Positions 48,855 through 60,544 are shown, counted from the stretch's first letter. The stretch: DNA of 64,000 bases from Selaginella moellendorffii (GCF_000143415.4 NW_003314386.1:351895-415894); one strand, 5' to 3'. A program made the numbers and translations. Notes: generated by a model not told the origin, from the letters alone.

Positions 48855-49260
48855 GACCTCGCTGACAATTATCATAGAAAAACTTCTACGTAAAAGGAAA
48901 GCTCAAAGCTTACCAAGAGCTCCGCAGCTACAATTTCCTCCAGTCATGATGAGCCGAAACTGTCGTAGCAATGTTTTCCCCCAGACAACACGAACAACGC
49001 TGGAAGAACCATCCGCCGCTGCTTTAGTCTCGTAAAACTCCTGCGAATGATTGAAGAATCATTTTACCTTGGAGAAGAGGCGGGTAAAACTCCATCAAAA
49101 CGAGCATCCCTCAAAGATATCACGAGATAGAAACTTTGCTGCTTAGAAGCCGCGTCCCAAAGCTCGTAAAGCTTGTTCATGTCCCCTCGCTTGATCTCCT
49201 TGCTGCTCGTCAGCGCCATGAGAGCGATCCAGACACGCTGCCAGCACTCCTCGATCTTTC
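48855..49260 (-). repeat. Right arm of the inverted repeat (partner 43720-44095) with an EF-Tu fragment
   Basis: Encodes ALMALTSSKEIKRGDMNKLYELWDA, similar to EF-Tu [28 protein letters not shown]. Confidence 0.85.
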
Positions 49261-49269
49261 TGGAAGAGC

Positions 49270-49850
49270 AACGAACACCCCGGCATTGGGCTTGCCCTCC
49301 ATCGCTGCTGCGCTTTGACCGTACTGAGCAATAGCCGCGATAATCGAACATGTCCCGCGCGGGCATTCGATCGAAGAGCTTAAGCGCCACAGCAACATCC
49401 GCGATCTGGGCATATGCAGGATGATCACGCTCCAGGCAACAAGATCGCGCTCCTGCATGGAATTCTTCCACAACTACGATGGTGGCTTACGCATGAAATC
49501 TCAAGCTGTGAGTAGCCCGAGAGGTCTTCAATTCCATCCTGTTCGGGCATTCGATCGAAGACTTTCACTGCGTCATGCAAATGCCCTGCTTGGGTAAATG
49601 CTGCTAGCATCGCATTCCCCACCACGCTGTTTCTCTCGGGCATTATGCCAAACAGATGCTTCGCCTCCTCAATCCTGTTTTGGTCAGCACACCATCACAG
49701 ACCATGCGACGATGTTCTTCGCGGGCCTTGAATCGAAGAGTTGCTTTGCCAGGAATAGATTCCCTGCTCGGGCATAGCACTGGTACAGTTGCCAAGCACA
49801 CGGCATTCCACTCTGGCATTCGATTTAATAGATTTCTCGCTTCGATCACT
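49270..49850 (-). pseudogene. Degenerate PLS-PPR fragments
   Basis: MPERNSVVGNAMLAAFTQAGHLHDAVKVFDRMP, LFDRMPARD and NRMPEWNAV occur in broken frames. Confidence 0.8.
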
Positions 49851-50026
49851 GCGACCACCTTTGTCTCTTTCAAGCCTCGAAAAGGACCGCACAACCTGAT
49901 GCTCATGAAGAATTCTAAAAAAGGAAGTTTCGAGAGATTGAATGATCACACTCGAAGGAAATGGCAATTTGAGAAAAAGAGCATATTCCTTTTTTTTTCT
50001 TTCCTTGGGCGGAGAAAGAGAAGGCG

Positions 50027-51452
50027 TCAGACGAGGCGAATGATCGAATCAGTTTCACACTGGCTGCATCATCATTAGGTTGCTTGGCTAGAGCTGCAAT
50101 CGATATGACAAACAATGGAGCAGTGAGTGATCATGACTAGGCTCCTCATGACAAGCTCTCTTGACGAGAATTCAGAAGGTGGCGAAAGTGGGAGCTCTAG
50201 GAGAAGGCACTCGATTGGTGCAATAGCTACTGAGTGAGAGTTCTCTTGGACGTTTTCAGGAGAGAACGCACTGGGAGATCTCGCTGAAGATTTTCTCTGC
50301 TCGAGAGAGATTTGTGAGAGCCCCACGATCATGGAGTTCCAGGAAATCGCAGTGTGGCACGGCATTGAATCTAACAGGTGCTGCGCTCGTTCCAGATCCC
50401 CCTGCTGCATGTAGATCACGAGGATCAATTTGCAGGACACCACGTCTCGCTCGGGCATTGAATCGAACAGCCGCTGGGCTTTGTTGTGATTGCCGCTCAG
50501 CAAGAACGCCGAGATCATCAAGTTCCGCAACACGAGATCCCGCTGCTTCATCTAGCGACTGAAGATGGTCTTGGCCTTGTCTGGATCATGTTTCAGAGTG
50601 CAGTGCTCACCAGAGGAGTGGAATCGATGATAGCTTGTGCTCGATCGACATTGCCAAGCTCGCTGTGAGCGGAAGATCAGAGAACTCACAGACACGATAT
50701 CGCCTCCTTGATCGATCCATTGTGAGAAAATCTCGCAATGAGAGTGTTCCACAACACTTAATTCTTCTCTATCATCGTGTCGAAGATCTGTCTTTCTGTT
50801 TCCAGATGCCTGGCTTAGGCATTCGCGTGAACCATAGCAGTCTAGGTAACTACATTCTATCTGAGAATGTTTCCGAAAACATTATCGGCATCTATCAAAC
50901 TATCGCTTTAAGAGTACGCCTATAACATTTTGGGCCAAGAGATCACATCTCTCTCGTCCATGGTATCAAAGAGAAGCTTCAATACTTAAACATACCCGTT
51001 CTGGGTATATGGTGTAAGCATCGCGTTCTAGGGATTAGGAGCGATCGAAAACCAATAGTGATTTAAACTTTTATGAATGAATGAGACGAGACTCTCCACG
51101 AATTTCTTAAGGTTCGTATGAGAAGAACCTCCGGGAGAAGCAGCCTTCAATCTCCTGCCTTGCTCTCCCTCCATGATCGCCCTCACTTCTCTTCCACCTC
51201 TTCTCTCGGCGCAAATCCATCCTTCCCTCCAGATCTCGAGAATTATATTCCCACGCCCTCGCCTTCCAGCACCAGCTTGGTTCGTGATTTGCTCGAACAT
51301 AGAAGGCCACCCCAGCATTGGCACTCCACACGGCAACGGCTCTCGAGCATGGAGTTCCATCCCCCTGTTGATGCGTGCTGCATGATCTCTAGCTGCGGCT
51401 CCAAGCTCACGAACAATCCTCTAGAAACCTTTGTAGAACTCCTAGAGCAGAG
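50027..51452 (-). repeat. Left arm of a ~1.4-kb inverted repeat (partner 54090-55369): chimeric UGT and PPR pseudogene fragments
   Basis: Reverse-complement match along its length. Carries a deleted UGT PSPG box (EPQLEIMQHASTGGWNSMLES..CGVPMLGWPSMFEQ; GGSSHTNLKKFV) joined to PPR repeats. Confidence 0.9.
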
Positions 51453-51459
51453 TTGTTGG

Positions 51460-53520
51460 TCATCCTGATACGATGCTACGCAGCTGATGGGAAGTTGGAT
51501 CAAGCCCAGAGAATGTTTCATCGAATGCCCGAGAAGACTGTAGTGGCATGGACTGTGATGGTTACCGCATTTACCCAGAAAGGAATTTGGATAGAAAAAA
51601 AGCGTTGTTTGGAGAGAAATCCTGTTTCTTGGGGTGCTCTAATGCAGCGCACGACCGGCTGGAAGAAGCGAAGCGTTTTTTTGATGCGATGGAGAACCCA
51701 AAAATTCACGTCTACACTGCGATGATCACTGCGTATGCCAAAGCTGGAGAAATTGAAAATGCCGAGAGGACTCTCATGCCTGAGAAGGACGTGGTCGCTC
51801 AAACTACAATGCTGCAAGCGTTTGCGCACAAGGTCTTGTCGAGAAGACAAGGAATATCTTTTATTTAATCCTTGATAAGGATGAAATGGCTTGGAACGCT
51901 ATGATCACTGCATATGCCCAAAACGGGCAAGCATTTCGTGCAAAGCAAGTGTTTGATTCCATGCCCACAAAGAGACGAAACATCGTCACTGGGAACTCGA
52001 TGCTCTCGGCGTTTAATCTCAATGGCCATCCTCACCAAGCTCTGGAGCTGCTAAAAACCATGCAGCTCGAGAGGATCAAACCAAACGAGATAGCTTTCAT
52101 GCAGCCCCATGGAGACGACGAAGAGATGCGCTGGTGGCAGATGATGGACAGTCCACAGCACCAAATCCATCATGAGAGTTCGATCGGAGGCCAAACTGGA
52201 AGAGAAACAAAAATCACAATGATTGATCCATGAAAATCTAGCAAAGAGAAAAAATCAAGAGAATTTACACGATGGCAAATGGTGGAGAGAAATCCCAATG
52301 CAATCTTGTATGCTCTGAAAGGTTTGAGGATTCAAGCCAGAAGTCTTGGTCTACACCATAGAGCTCTTTGCAAAATTGGAGCGGGGATCTCAAAATCCCA
52401 CCACACTGCCACTCTCACCCTGCATCCCACCCACTGCCATACAAGCTCCTGTGATCATCCTCCGCCCAGAGGAGTTCCACGTTCTTGCCCCAGACTCCTT
52501 TTCATGGAAAATCCTGCTCCAAGCTTACATTCACAATCGTCAGCTTCACACGTTTTTTATTCCGTGCCCGGGAAGAATGTAGTGACATGGAATGCGATTC
52601 TTTTGGCAAATGCCCAAAACTGGCAAATGTACGTCGCAAGGCTTGGGACGTAGTTTGCATGACGCTGCCTTGTTTGCTTCTGTCACTGGATTCGCGAAAG
52701 CTGGAATGATCAGCGAGGCTAGAAACCAATTTGACAACATGTCCAAGAGAGATTCTGTGTTGTGGAATGCGTTTGAGATTTTCTCGAAGCAAAGAAGCTG
52801 TTCGACAGGATGGAAAGAGATCATCAATCCAGTTTTATGGAACTCTATGATTGTTGCACGACCCCAGTTTGGAGATCTTAATGAAGCAAGAAAGTTCTTT
52901 GCGAGGATGACGCAGAGAGCTTCCGTGTCATGGGGAACACTTACCAACTCATTTGCGCAGCATGGCTGCAGTGATATAGCAAAAGAAACATTCGTGTTAT
53001 AGCGTGGACTGCAATGCTCTGACCAGACGCCCAGTGAGGTGAAACCAATCAATTACACAATCTCTTTGATTTAATGCCTCAAAGAAACCTTGTCTCGTGG
53101 ACAGTTTTCTTAGCATGGAATGCTATGATCACTGCATATGCCGAAACAGGTATGTACGCAAGGCAAAGTGCTTGTTTGGCACTATAGAAGTTCTAAAAGA
53201 ATTGCATGGTCGGAGCGTAGGGGCAAAATGGACACTTAGGACGACGCTTGGACATTGTTTAGATGCTGTTTACAGCAAACATCATGACCAGGAACGTTCT
53301 TGTCATGTAGTTTGCCCAGAATCTGTATCCATTCAGCTCTTTAAAGTCTTGAATCTGGAAGGATTCAAGAGTTTCATGGGCCTTTTGATCGCTTGCTGCC
53401 ACCTTGGGCTGGTAATCCCTGCTAGAGACTCCTTGGCTCCAATGGTTTCTGAATACAATCTAAGTCCCGAGCAAGATCACTTGCTTGATTGGTGTTGCAA
53501 GAGCTGGGCTCTTGGATGAT
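51460..53520 (+). pseudogene. Highly decayed PLS-PPR sequence forming the spacer of the inverted repeat
   Basis: Many PPR motifs (FHRMPEKTVVAWTVM, AWNAMITAYAQNG, SFMGLLIACCHLG) broken by stops and frameshifts. Confidence 0.8.
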
Positions 53521-54039
53521 GCGAAGGAGATTGGTCCATTCACACATCCTAACTTAAATTTATATATTGCCTTAAAGTTATGGTTATTTCGCATTTAATC
53601 CTTACTTTCGTACATATAACTTACCTTAAATCAAATTTATGTTAAAAACACGTCTATTTCACACATCTTAGACAAAACGTAGAAGAAAGAACAATGTCCA
53701 GTTCAGCCCATGAGTGCTGGTATCTCAAACGATCCATCAAAACCTCCTCTTTGAAAAGTTTCTTCTTTGTTTCTTGGTCTAATCATCATCCATTTATGGC
53801 GAGCGATGACAGTTCATACACCATGCTTTTGAGCCTTACATTTTTCAACACAGCCGATATTCACCAATGTTAGAGATGGATACACTTTAAGCTAAGAGTT
53901 TGATCTCCAGACAAGCAGCGAACTTAAAGAAGAACTGGATTGAAAAAAGGTTAGCCTGAGAACTCCCTTGTCTTCTCGAATTGCTGGCAGTCATGATGAA
54001 GATGCTTCCAAACGAGAGGGCCGAGCCACGATCACGCTC

Positions 54040-55369
54040 GCCTAGCCATGAGGCAGGCAAGGTTCCTTTCCTCTGGGTGATACGATCAAACTTTGCTCTA
54101 GGAGTTCTACAAAAGTTTCTAGAGGATTGTTCGTGAGGTGGGAGCCGCAGCTAGAGATCACGCAGTACGCATCAACAGGGGGATGGAACTCCATGCTCGA
54201 GAGCTTGGCGTGTGGAGTGCCAATGCTGGGGTGGCCATCTATGTTCGAGCAAAACCGAATGCCAAGCTGGTGCTGGAGGGAATAGCATTCTCGAGATCTG
54301 GAGGGAAGGATGGATTTGCGCCGAGAGAAGAGGTGGAAGAGAAAGTGAGGGCGATCATGGAGGGAGAGCAAGGCAGGAAATTGAAGGCTGCTTCTCCCCG
54401 CGATGCTTACAGCATATTCCCAGAACGGGTATGCTTAAGAATTGAAGCTTCTCTTTGATACCATGGACGAGAGAGATGTGATCTCTTCGCAATGTTAGAG
54501 GTGTATGCCAAAAACGATTGTTTGATAGACGCCGATAATGTTTTTGCAAGAATGCCCAGATAGATTGTAGTTACCTGGACTGCTATGATTAACGCAAATG
54601 CCCAAGCGGGGGATTTGCAAAAAGCGAGAGAGATCTTCGCAGAGAAGAATCTAGTGTCGTGGAACACTCTCATTGTGGGATTTGCTCACAATGGATCGAT
54701 CGAGGAGGAGATATTGTGTCTGTGAGTTCTCTGATCTTCCGCTCACAGCGAGCTTAGCAATGTCGATCGAGCGCAAGCTATCTTCAATTTCACTCCTCTG
54801 GTGAGCACCGCGCTCTGAAACACAATCCTGGTGGACAAGGCCAAGACCATCTTCGGTTGCTAGATGAAGCGGCGGGATCTCATGTCACGGAAGTCAGTGA
54901 TCTCATTGTTCTCGCCGACTGGCAATCACGATGAAGCCCAGCAGCTGTTCGATTCAATGCCCGAGCGAGATGTGGTGTCCTGCAAATTGATTCTCGTGAT
55001 CTACATGCAGCAGGGGGATCTTGAACAAGTGCAGCACCTGTTCAATTCAATACTGCACCACGATGTGATCTCCTGGAACGCCATGAGCACAGGGCTCTCG
55101 CAAATCTCTCCCGGGTGGAGAAACTCTTTGGCAAGATCCCCCAGCGTGTTCTCTCCTGAGAACGTCCAAGAGAGCTCTCACCCAGTAGTTGTTGCAATCA
55201 AGTGCCTTCTCCTCGAGCTCCCACTTTCGCCACCTTCTGAATTCTTGTCGGGAGAGTTTGTCACGAGGAGCCTGGTCACAATCACTCACTGCTCCATTGT
55301 CATAGCTCTAGCCAAACCTAATGATGATGTGGCCAGTGTGAGACTAATTTGATCATCTGCCTCATCTGA
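54040..55369 (+). repeat. Right arm of the ~1.4-kb inverted repeat: UGT and PPR pseudogene chimera
   Basis: KVPFLWVIR..RGLFVRWEPQLEI..GGWNSMLESLACGVPMLGWP..EEVEEKVRAIMEGEQG, followed by PPR repeats. Confidence 0.9.
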
Positions 55370-55939
55370 AACACTGAAGTATTGCAAGATCATGAGTGAA
55401 AAATACTTATGTGTTGTTGTGACTATGCTGCCATATCCATATGCCATAGCCAATATTGGATTAGTGATTGATAAGTTCTGCTATGGCTAAAACCCTAGAA
55501 CAATAACAGAACAAGATTGCATTGTGAAATGATCGAGATAGAGATCGAGACAGACCCTAAAACTAGGAACAAAACGATTGTTTCCATCTCCACCTTTGGC
55601 TTTAGATCGTCATGCTCCTGAGGAGGAGGAGGAGACGGAGATGGAGCCATAGGCAAAGGTGGAGGTAGAGTGGAAGTCTATTGCCACAATTTGTGTGTGG
55701 CTATGCATCATTCTTTAAAATGTCTGAATCTTAATTGTTCTAATTTAGGCAATTGTTATGTTCCTAATTTTCAATTGTTTCACGATGCAACTTGGTTTTG
55801 TTATTGTTCTAGGGTTTTGGCCATGGCAGAGCTTGATCAATCACTAATCTAACATCGGCCAAGGCTATCAATATAGCAGTGTAGTCACAACAACATGTAA
55901 GTCTTTCTCACTTGTGATCTCGCAATATTTCAGTGTTTC
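55368..55939. mobile_element. Foldback/MITE- or MULE-like element with ~200-bp terminal inverted repeats
   Basis: Ends read GAAACACTGAAGTATTGCAAGATCA... and ...TGATCTCGCAATATTTCAGTGTTTC. Arms pair over about 200 bp. No clear TSD and no transposase. Confidence 0.6.
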
Positions 55940-56094
55940 AAACGATGAATCAGTCTCACAGTAGCTGTATCAAGAATTCATAAGGTGGTGAAAGTGGGAG
56001 CTCAAGGAAAAGGCACTCAATCAGTGCAACAGCTACTGGGTGAGAGCTCTCTTGAACGTTCTCAGGAGAGAACATGCTAGGGGATCTTGCCAAA

Positions 56095-56625
56095 CCTCTC
56101 CTCATGCCTGGAAGAACCAGTTTTGGATGAGAACATCTGATGCAGCAAGATATGGAACCATATTCATCATCTTGTTGACAAAATCGAACTACGTGCTGCA
56201 TGCTGTTGTTCTCGACAAGCTCTCGCAACTCTGCTTCAAACTTTGGCTGCCCGACCCAGTCACTTCCCACGATAACAGCAAAAATTCCAGCACTAGTTTT
56301 TACGGCCTGAGCGAATGCCTTGAGGAAGAGGGCTTGGGAAGGATTTCAATCGAAGCAATGGCATTCAAGCTTCCCATTCTGGTAATCTATCGGACCACTG
56401 TGCAAATGAATTGTCTGATCAACTTTGCCTTGACAGGGTACTGCTGCCAGTGGAACGACAGAGATCGTCGTAGACGAATCCACTGGCTCGCTTCACCAAG
56501 TTGGCAAGGAAGGTGTTCTCGACTTAGCCTCCAACACTACCAAGCTCTTTCGAGATCCAAATTTGACAGAAGCGCGTCCAGGAGAGAGCAACACATGTCC
56601 GAGAGAATAGCTGCAGCAGCAGTGA
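56095..56625. pseudogene. GT4-family glycosyltransferase fragment split by an inversion
   Basis: Minus strand reads AVIVGSDWVGQPKFEAELRELV...VPYLAASDVLIQN. Plus strand reads GLGRISIEAMAFKLPIL|GTAASGTTEIVVD..GKEGV...HMSERI. Confidence 0.8.
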
Positions 56626-57000
56626 CAGACTCTTCCTTTCGATTCGTGCCACAGATATTGGACAGCAGCCCTCCGGACTTATGACTGATGCCTTGATCAT
56701 AATCAAGATCACATTTAAAGTGCTGCTACTTAATTCTATAAAAGGTTATGAGAGAAACTACAACATTTGTCTGCTAGACCTAAGAAACATTTAAAGCTTG
56801 CTCTTCGAATATGCTTCCAGGATTTCTTCTCGATGACGAGAGAACTTTCGAGGCCATGACCAACAGGAACCAAGCTCGGCTATCTCGCTCTTCCAGTCGA
56901 TGCAGCTCGAGGGAGAGAGGTCTATCAGATGAGAGCCGACTATCAGATCCAACCTCTTCTACTGCATGAAGGTTTTACAGCGTATACTCTGTCTACATAT

Positions 57001-58065
57001 TTACCTGAAACAATACTTCGCCCTCATCCTCCCAAACTGAACACCTTGGCATATGACATGCTTTAACGCTTTATTCCATAGGCCCGCTATCCTTTGCCCG
57101 AGGCTTGGAACATGTTTGGGTAGCGTCACCTTGAGAAGCCCATCACTGAGGTGATATGTTGCCACATCCTGCACGACACCGCGGGGGAAGTAAAGCCTGC
57201 GAGCAAACACTTTGGTGCTCGCTCCGCCCCGCTCTACTCTCACCGCTTCTCCGCCATCATCTTCGTCTCGAGCCACGCCAGTGAGCTCGAGCACAAAGCC
57301 CGACTTGTCCTCCACCCAAGCGATGTCCACGGTGGCCGACTGCGCGCCTGGCATCTCCGCGACGACCACGTACGAGCCTGGACGATCCAAGATGTCCACC
57401 AATGGGGAGATGGTGACGACGCTTGAGTCGTCACCACAATCATCTGCGTTGTTGGAGGCGAGAGCTTCAGGCCGAATGAGCCGGGCCGCGTCTGAAATGG
57501 TGCACGAGGCCGGAGGAACACGCGCGGCAGGCACCGCAAGGTACTCCTCCTCCACAACTCCCTGTTCTCGCTGCTCTCGCCCTGTTTGCTCCAGCCCTGG
57601 GACAAGCGGCAGCGTCACCCGCAAGAGACCACTGTGAAGCTGGTAGCTTATCCTTTCCGCGTCCACTGCATCGGGGAGCACAAACTCTCGCGCAAACATC
57701 TTGGTGAAGGCGCCCCGATCCTTGAGGATGCGACGCTCTTTTGCCTCGTGAGAGATCCCAACGATGGAGACGACTCGATGGAACTGAGAGCCCGAGACCT
57801 CCACCTTGACATCGCTGCTGCTCGTCACGCCCGGCATCTCCAAAAGGATGAGATACGAGTGCGGGAGGCGGCGCACATCTGTGAGCGTGGCAGCTACAAC
57901 CGTGTCGGCTATGAAGCACTTGTGCGCGCTCATAGCGTGCTCTACCTCAACCGTGCTGTTGCCGCAGCCGCGCGCCTGGCGGAGAGAGCAGTAATCACGG
58001 CCGCACGCCTGCGCCGCGACAAGCACCAAGAATACCATCGCCGCCCTCGCTGCCGCCAGCGCCAT
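57001..58065 (-). CDS. Signal-peptide-bearing tandem alpha-crystallin-domain protein, family copy C
   Basis: 354-aa intact ORF, about 96% identical to copy B by eye. Same TATA and G-box (58137-58142). Confidence 0.85.
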   Translation of the reverse strand: MALAAARAAMVFLVLVAAQACGRDYCSLRQARGCGNSTVEVEHAMSAHKCFIADTVVAATLTDVRRLPHSYLILLEMPGVTSSSDVKVEVSGSQFHRVVSIVGISHEAKERRILKDRGAFTKMFAREFVLPDAVDAERISYQLHSGLLRVTLPLVPGLEQTGREQREQGVVEEEYLAVPAARVPPASCTISDAARLIRPEALASNNADDCGDDSSVVTISPLVDILDRPGSYVVVAEMPGAQSATVDIAWVEDKSGFVLELTGVARDEDDGGEAVRVERGGASTKVFARRLYFPRGVVQDVATYHLSDGLLKVTLPKHVPSLGQRIAGLWNKALKHVICQGVQFGRMRAKYCFR

Positions 58066-58673
58066 TCTTCGCCCTTCTCTGCCCTAGCACCTGGACCAGG
58101 GGACTTATATACAAGAAAAGAAAAGGTATGAGCTCCCACGTGGAAGGATTCGATAGCTCAAGAATTCTGAGAAATGCTCTAATCAGGAGGTGTTTAGGAA
58201 ACTTTATTAAAAACATAATTTAAATGAATGCCACCCAAAAGATATACTTAGTGCTATTCCTTTTTTGTAATTTAATTACTCTGGAATAAACTTGATGTTG
58301 CCCTAGAGCCTAGAGATGATCTGCGTGTCTGGAGAGATCCAAACTCTTGAAATTGGAGGCTTCGTAAACTTCTATTGACGTATTGTTGTCCCAAAGATGA
58401 CGAGCTCTGAATCCTTGCAAGCTTGGAGCTGAAAATTGAAAATTCCTTGCCGATTTCCTGTGATTGAGCGTGAGAGAGGGAAAGATTACACGGAGGAACG
58501 CAACCTTTTGCCGGCGATGAGCAGGACGAAGCTTCCAGAGGAAGATCTTCCCAGCACGAATGGCGGGCGTCCATTAGAACAAATTGTTCTTCCAAGAAGG
58601 AATATGCAAAGATATTTGTCGGAATTTAGGGTTCTAGCGGGGGGTTTGGGCGGGAGGCTGTAGGCGCGAGACG

Positions 58674-59600
58674 ATGGCCGAGCTCAGCCCGACGGTCGCA
58701 GATCTAGATGGCCACAAGAATCTATTCCGGGCTCTCTCCTCAGTCGCCATGCTCGCTTCTCGCTTCGCTCTAGAAATTCTCACTGCCAAAATGCAGATCC
58801 AAGATGGACAAGATCAAGGAGCCTGGCCGGCAGAGCAAGGATCTGGAGGAGCTGCGCCAGTGCAAGAGGTCGGTCTCGCTGCCTCCTGGCTGTGCTAGCT
58901 AGAGACGCTAAAGGATGAATGCAGGCTCATGAAGGAGTTTGATAGACAGATCAAGGAGGAGTCGAAGAACCCAGCGAAGCAGCTGAATGAAAAGAAGCAG
59001 TCACTGGTAAGAGATTTTGCGAGCGATCGATCTCATCGCCTCTTGCAGATCAAGGATCTCGACTCGTATGTGGCCCTGCGCAAAACGTGAGCATTCTTTC
59101 GCCATGCCGGTGTCGCACAAGTTCTTCCCTTTTTTCCTTGGTTCCACCCAGGTACACGAGCTCGCTGGGGAACAAAAAGGCGGAGTTGACGGAAGGTGGC
59201 AGTGCCGAAGGTGCTCGCACTGACCTCACGGATCCAAATGTCAAACCAGCAACCCATGGACGCTGGGAAGAAAACTATGGACGAGACGGATCAGAAGATT
59301 GAGCGCGTAAAAAAGGTCCGATCGACGCTCAAATGACAAGTTGGCATTCTTTTCTTCCGGGATACACTGGTGGAGGATCCTGTTTTGCAGCTTGCTACCG
59401 GTAGATGCATATTGTTCTTCTTGTTCCTGGGCGCCATTGCCGTGATCGTCGTCAAGGTAAAAGCCATTCTCTTGTTCTATCCAGGAGCTCTAAATTTTCA
59501 ATGGCAGGTTGTTGATCCCAAGAAGAAGAACATCTGCGGCCTTCCCGGATTATCTCCCCTCGCGAACACCAGCCAGATTCTTTTCAACCGGCGGATATGG
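58674..59600 (+). pseudogene. NPSN (novel plant SNARE)-like gene, internally deleted and frameshifted
   Basis: MAELSPTVADLDG..LFRALS; MDKIKEPGRQSKDLEEL; ECRLMKEFDRQIKEE..KQLNEKKQSL|IKDLDSYVALRK; KTMDETDQKIERVKK; RCILFFLFLGAIAVIVVK|VVDPKKKNI.GLPGL. Most of the SNARE motif is missing. Confidence 0.75.
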
Positions 59601-59863
59601 GAGTTTCTCTTCCTACTGTCCGAGTCCTTATGGCAAAGCAAAGGTCTGTATTATGTCTTATGATGATTGAATCTTATCAAAAAATTTGCTGTTTACAGGT
59701 GCAGGAGTTATCGTGCTTCTTGTGCTTTTGTCACAAGCTGAAGGGCACTTTGTGTCGCTCGATAATTCCTTCAGTTGCAAGACATGTACGAGCTCCGTGG
59801 TAATATTCAAGAGTATGGTAATGTGATTATTTGAGATTTTGTTGTAAGTGTTTGTTTTTTCAG

Positions 59864-60544
59864 GCCCACAAGTGACCCAAGCTTTGGCCGCTATACGAGA
59901 TTTTGTTGCGGCTGCTAGCGCTGGCGAAAGATTGTTGTTTTACTTTTGTGGACACGGGACTCAATTCCCCGACAGAAACTTGGACGAGCTGGATGGAAAC
60001 GACGAGGCTTTATGCTTCAACGACGGGGTTTGTTGATTTCATCGCTGTTTACAATTTCATTTTCTGTCTTTGTTACAGTACTTGGTAGATGACATACTTC
60101 ATAACGTCATGGTCCAGTATCTCCATGAAGGCGTCCACCTGACTGCCATATTCGATTCCTGTCACAGCGGGACTGTGCTTGATCTTCCATATGGAAACAC
60201 TGGATCTGGATGGTTTAACGCATCGTCCCAGACGCCGCCAGAGATATTACAAGCCGGAGTGTTTTTCAGAACGAGCGTGGTCTCAATTTCTGCATGCTTA
60301 GACTCTGAGTTATCATATTTTGTAAGTGCAGAGAAAGTTCCACATTTACTAATCTTGTGAAGTTTTCTTTTAGGACGAAGTCAATCAGAGGGGCTGGTTC
60401 ACGAGCAATATGACGCACTACATACAAGAAGGTGCTACAACCTACGGGGCCATTCTAAGTGATATGCAGAATTATCATCCCAATTCTACCATGATGATCA
60501 GCTCTAGTTTCAAGTTTGACTTGACTAGAACACTTGATCTCTAG
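59864..60544 (+). CDS. Metacaspase (peptidase C14, type-I-like with short linker); 5' end unresolved, possibly truncated
   Basis: [20 protein letters not shown]|YLVDD...[18 protein letters not shown]...SISACLDSE|...[10 protein letters not shown]...SSSFKFDL*. The His-Cys dyad is intact and the two introns are in frame. Confidence 0.75.
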
